NCBI GenBank assembly: GCA_003695765.1
Contig: RFHQ01000063.1
Span: 562-64,561, forward strand
Direction of reading: 5' to 3'
Length of the DNA stretch: 64,000 nt
Origin: Gammaproteobacteria bacterium
GTDB lineage: Bacteria; Pseudomonadota; Gammaproteobacteria; Steroidobacterales; GCA-2729495
A program made the translations under genes and the position numbers. Of this stretch, positions 62,392-64,000 are shown in pieces (within the stretch, counting starts at the first letter, position 1; the number at the start of each line of letters is the position of its first letter). The notes beneath the pieces were generated by a model. It did not search any database. It was not told where the DNA came from and was given only the letters and a program-made list of their open reading frames with translations.

Positions 62392-64000
62392 ACGGCCGCA
62401 GCTGGTGCTGGTGGACGGCTCGTCCTACCTGTACCGCGCCTTCCATGCCCTGCCGCCGCTGACGACCTCGGACGGCCGGCCCACCGGCGCCGTGCACGGC
62501 GTGCTCAACATGCTGAACAAGCTGCGCCGCGAACTGGCGCCGGCCCATGTCGCCGTGGTCTTCGACGCCCCCGGCAAGACTTTTCGTGACGAGCTGTTCG
62601 AGCAGTACAAGGCCAACCGGCCACCGATGCCGGATGAACTGAGGCAACAGATCCCGCCGCTGCTGGAAGCAATCGAGGCCAGCGGACTGCCGCTGCTGCA
62701 GGTCGACGGCGTGGAGGCGGACGACGTCATCGGCACGCTGACCCGCCGCGCCGTCGCGGCCGGCATGGAGGTCGTGATCGTCAGCGGCGACAAGGACCTC
62801 GCTCAGCTGGTCGGCGAGCAGGTCACGCTGCTCGACACCATGCCGCGCGGCCGCAGTCAGGAACCGCGCGTCACCGACCGCGGCGGCGTGCAGGCGCGTT
62901 TCGGCGTGCGTCCCGATCAGATCATCGATTACCTCGCACTGGTCGGGGACAGCTCGGACAACATCCCGGGCGTGCCCGGCGTCGGCGAAAAGACGGCCCG
63001 GGCGCTGCTGGCGCACTATGCGCACATCGACGACTTGCTCGCGGATCTCGACGGCGTCGCGAGGCTCGACATCCGCGGCGCGAAGACGCTCGCCAGGCGG
63101 ATCGCCGAGAACCGCGAACGCCTGCTCCTGTCGCGCGAACTCGCGACGATTCGCTGTGATCTCGACCTGCCGCTCGCGCCCGACGAACTCCGGCCGCAGG
63201 CAACGGACCGCGAACGGCTGCGCGAGCTGTATCGCCGCCTGGAGCTGCGTCGGCTGCTGGAGAACCTGGAGCGCGATGCCAGCGCAACGCCGCCCGCCAT
63301 CGCCCGCGATGCCACGGCCGGCAACGATTATGCGGTCGTCCAGGACGCGGAGGCGCTGCAGGCCTGGCTGGAGAAGATCGCCGCAGCCGAGCGGGTCGCT
63401 TTCGACACCGAGACCGACAGCCTCGATTACATGCACGCCCGGATCGTCGGGCTGTCCTTCGCTGTGGCCCCGGGCGAGGCGGCCTACGTGCCGCTGGCGC
63501 ATTGCGGTCCGGACGCGCCGCGGCAACTCGACCGGGACCGCGTGCTGGCGGTCCTGCGCGACTGGCTGGAAGACCCGCGGCGGGAAAAGATCGGACATCA
63601 CCTGAAATTCGATGCGCATGTGCTGCGCAATCACGGCCTGCAACTGCGCGGCATGGCCTGGGACACGATGCTGGAGTCCTACGTGCTCAACAGCGCGGCG
63701 ACCCGGCACGACCTCGATTCGGTCGCCCGCAAGTATCTCGGCGCAGAGACCACGCGCTATGCGGATGTGGCCGGCAAGGGCGCCAAGCAGATCAGCTTCG
63801 ACCAGGTGCCGCTGGCGCAGGCTGCGCCCTATGCGGCCGAGGACGCAGACATCAGCCTGCAGCTGCACGAACGCCTGTGGCCGGAGATCGAGGCGACCGG
63901 CGCGCTGGCCGCCGTCTACACGGAGATCGAACGGCCGCTGATCCCGGTGCTGCTGGACATGGAGGCCACGGGCGTCTATGTCGACAGCGGCCAACTCGCC
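62384..64000 (+). CDS. polA: DNA polymerase I, N-terminal 539 codons (5' nuclease domain and the start of the 3'-5' exonuclease domain); continues beyond the window
   Basis: It is not in the supplied track. My own translation reads (V)[43 protein letters not shown]...[27 protein letters not shown]...[11 protein letters not shown]...[11 protein letters not shown]...[11 protein letters not shown]. The GTG at 62384 overlaps the lptM stop. An alternative in-frame ATG lies at 62348. Confidence 0.93.
   Translation, partial: [539 protein letters not shown]

Noticed and set aside
62135-63994. 619-aa minus-strand ORF at the right edge
   Set aside because: It is antisense to polA. My own plus-strand translation there reads as the DNA polymerase I 5' nuclease and 3'-5' exonuclease domains, a gene that is absent from the supplied track.

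Overview
The window is a very GC-rich, densely coding chromosomal segment. I did not compute the exact GC content. Conserved neighbourhoods (coaBC-dut, rhlB / trxA-rho, yadGH, yrfG, lptM-polA) point to a gammaproteobacterium, and the Xanthomonas/Bacteroidetes-type arginine cluster and GC level suggest a Xanthomonadales/Nevskiales-like lineage. That placement is inference only. I support about 58 protein genes, nearly all housekeeping or metabolic. They include dut, coaBC, radC, rho, trxA, rhlB, yrfG, cysQ, an otsB-GH15-otsA-glk trehalose operon, a fused 5-oxoprolinase, an SLC13 permease, gshA, mdh and fadE. They also include a partial mevalonate-pathway cluster (HMG-CoA synthase, phosphomevalonate kinase, diphosphomevalonate decarboxylase, next to ispA), exeAB, a Dak2-DegV fusion, yedK, nudC and an eight-gene arginine operon (argR-argG-X-argC-argD-argF'-argB-argH) followed by lptM and the 5' part of polA. 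By eye I found no rRNA, tRNA, CRISPR array, transposase, integrase or phage gene. Four observations seem most worth following up. (1) The only large non-coding gap (8224-8865) carries a near-consensus sigma-54 promoter. It is followed by a roughly 165-nt G-poor stretch of AAC/AAT/AAG repeats that ends in a strong intrinsic terminator, which suggests a CrcZ-like Hfq-titrating sRNA outside Pseudomonas. (2) An uncharacterised 353-aa P-loop protein is translationally coupled inside the arginine operon, which otherwise lacks any N-acyl-glutamate synthase or deacylase. The operon's transcarbamylase is of the acyl-ornithine (argF') class. (3) An FlhC-family zinc-ribbon regulator and a possibly FlhD-like protein are transcribed divergently across the only AT-rich spacer I noticed in the window, in a non-flagellar context. 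(4) An in-frame, coding-like, R/G/K-rich 58-codon extension of rho has a start codon that overlaps the trxA stop (ATGA). All functional calls rest on my own recognition of motifs in the supplied translations. No database search was possible.
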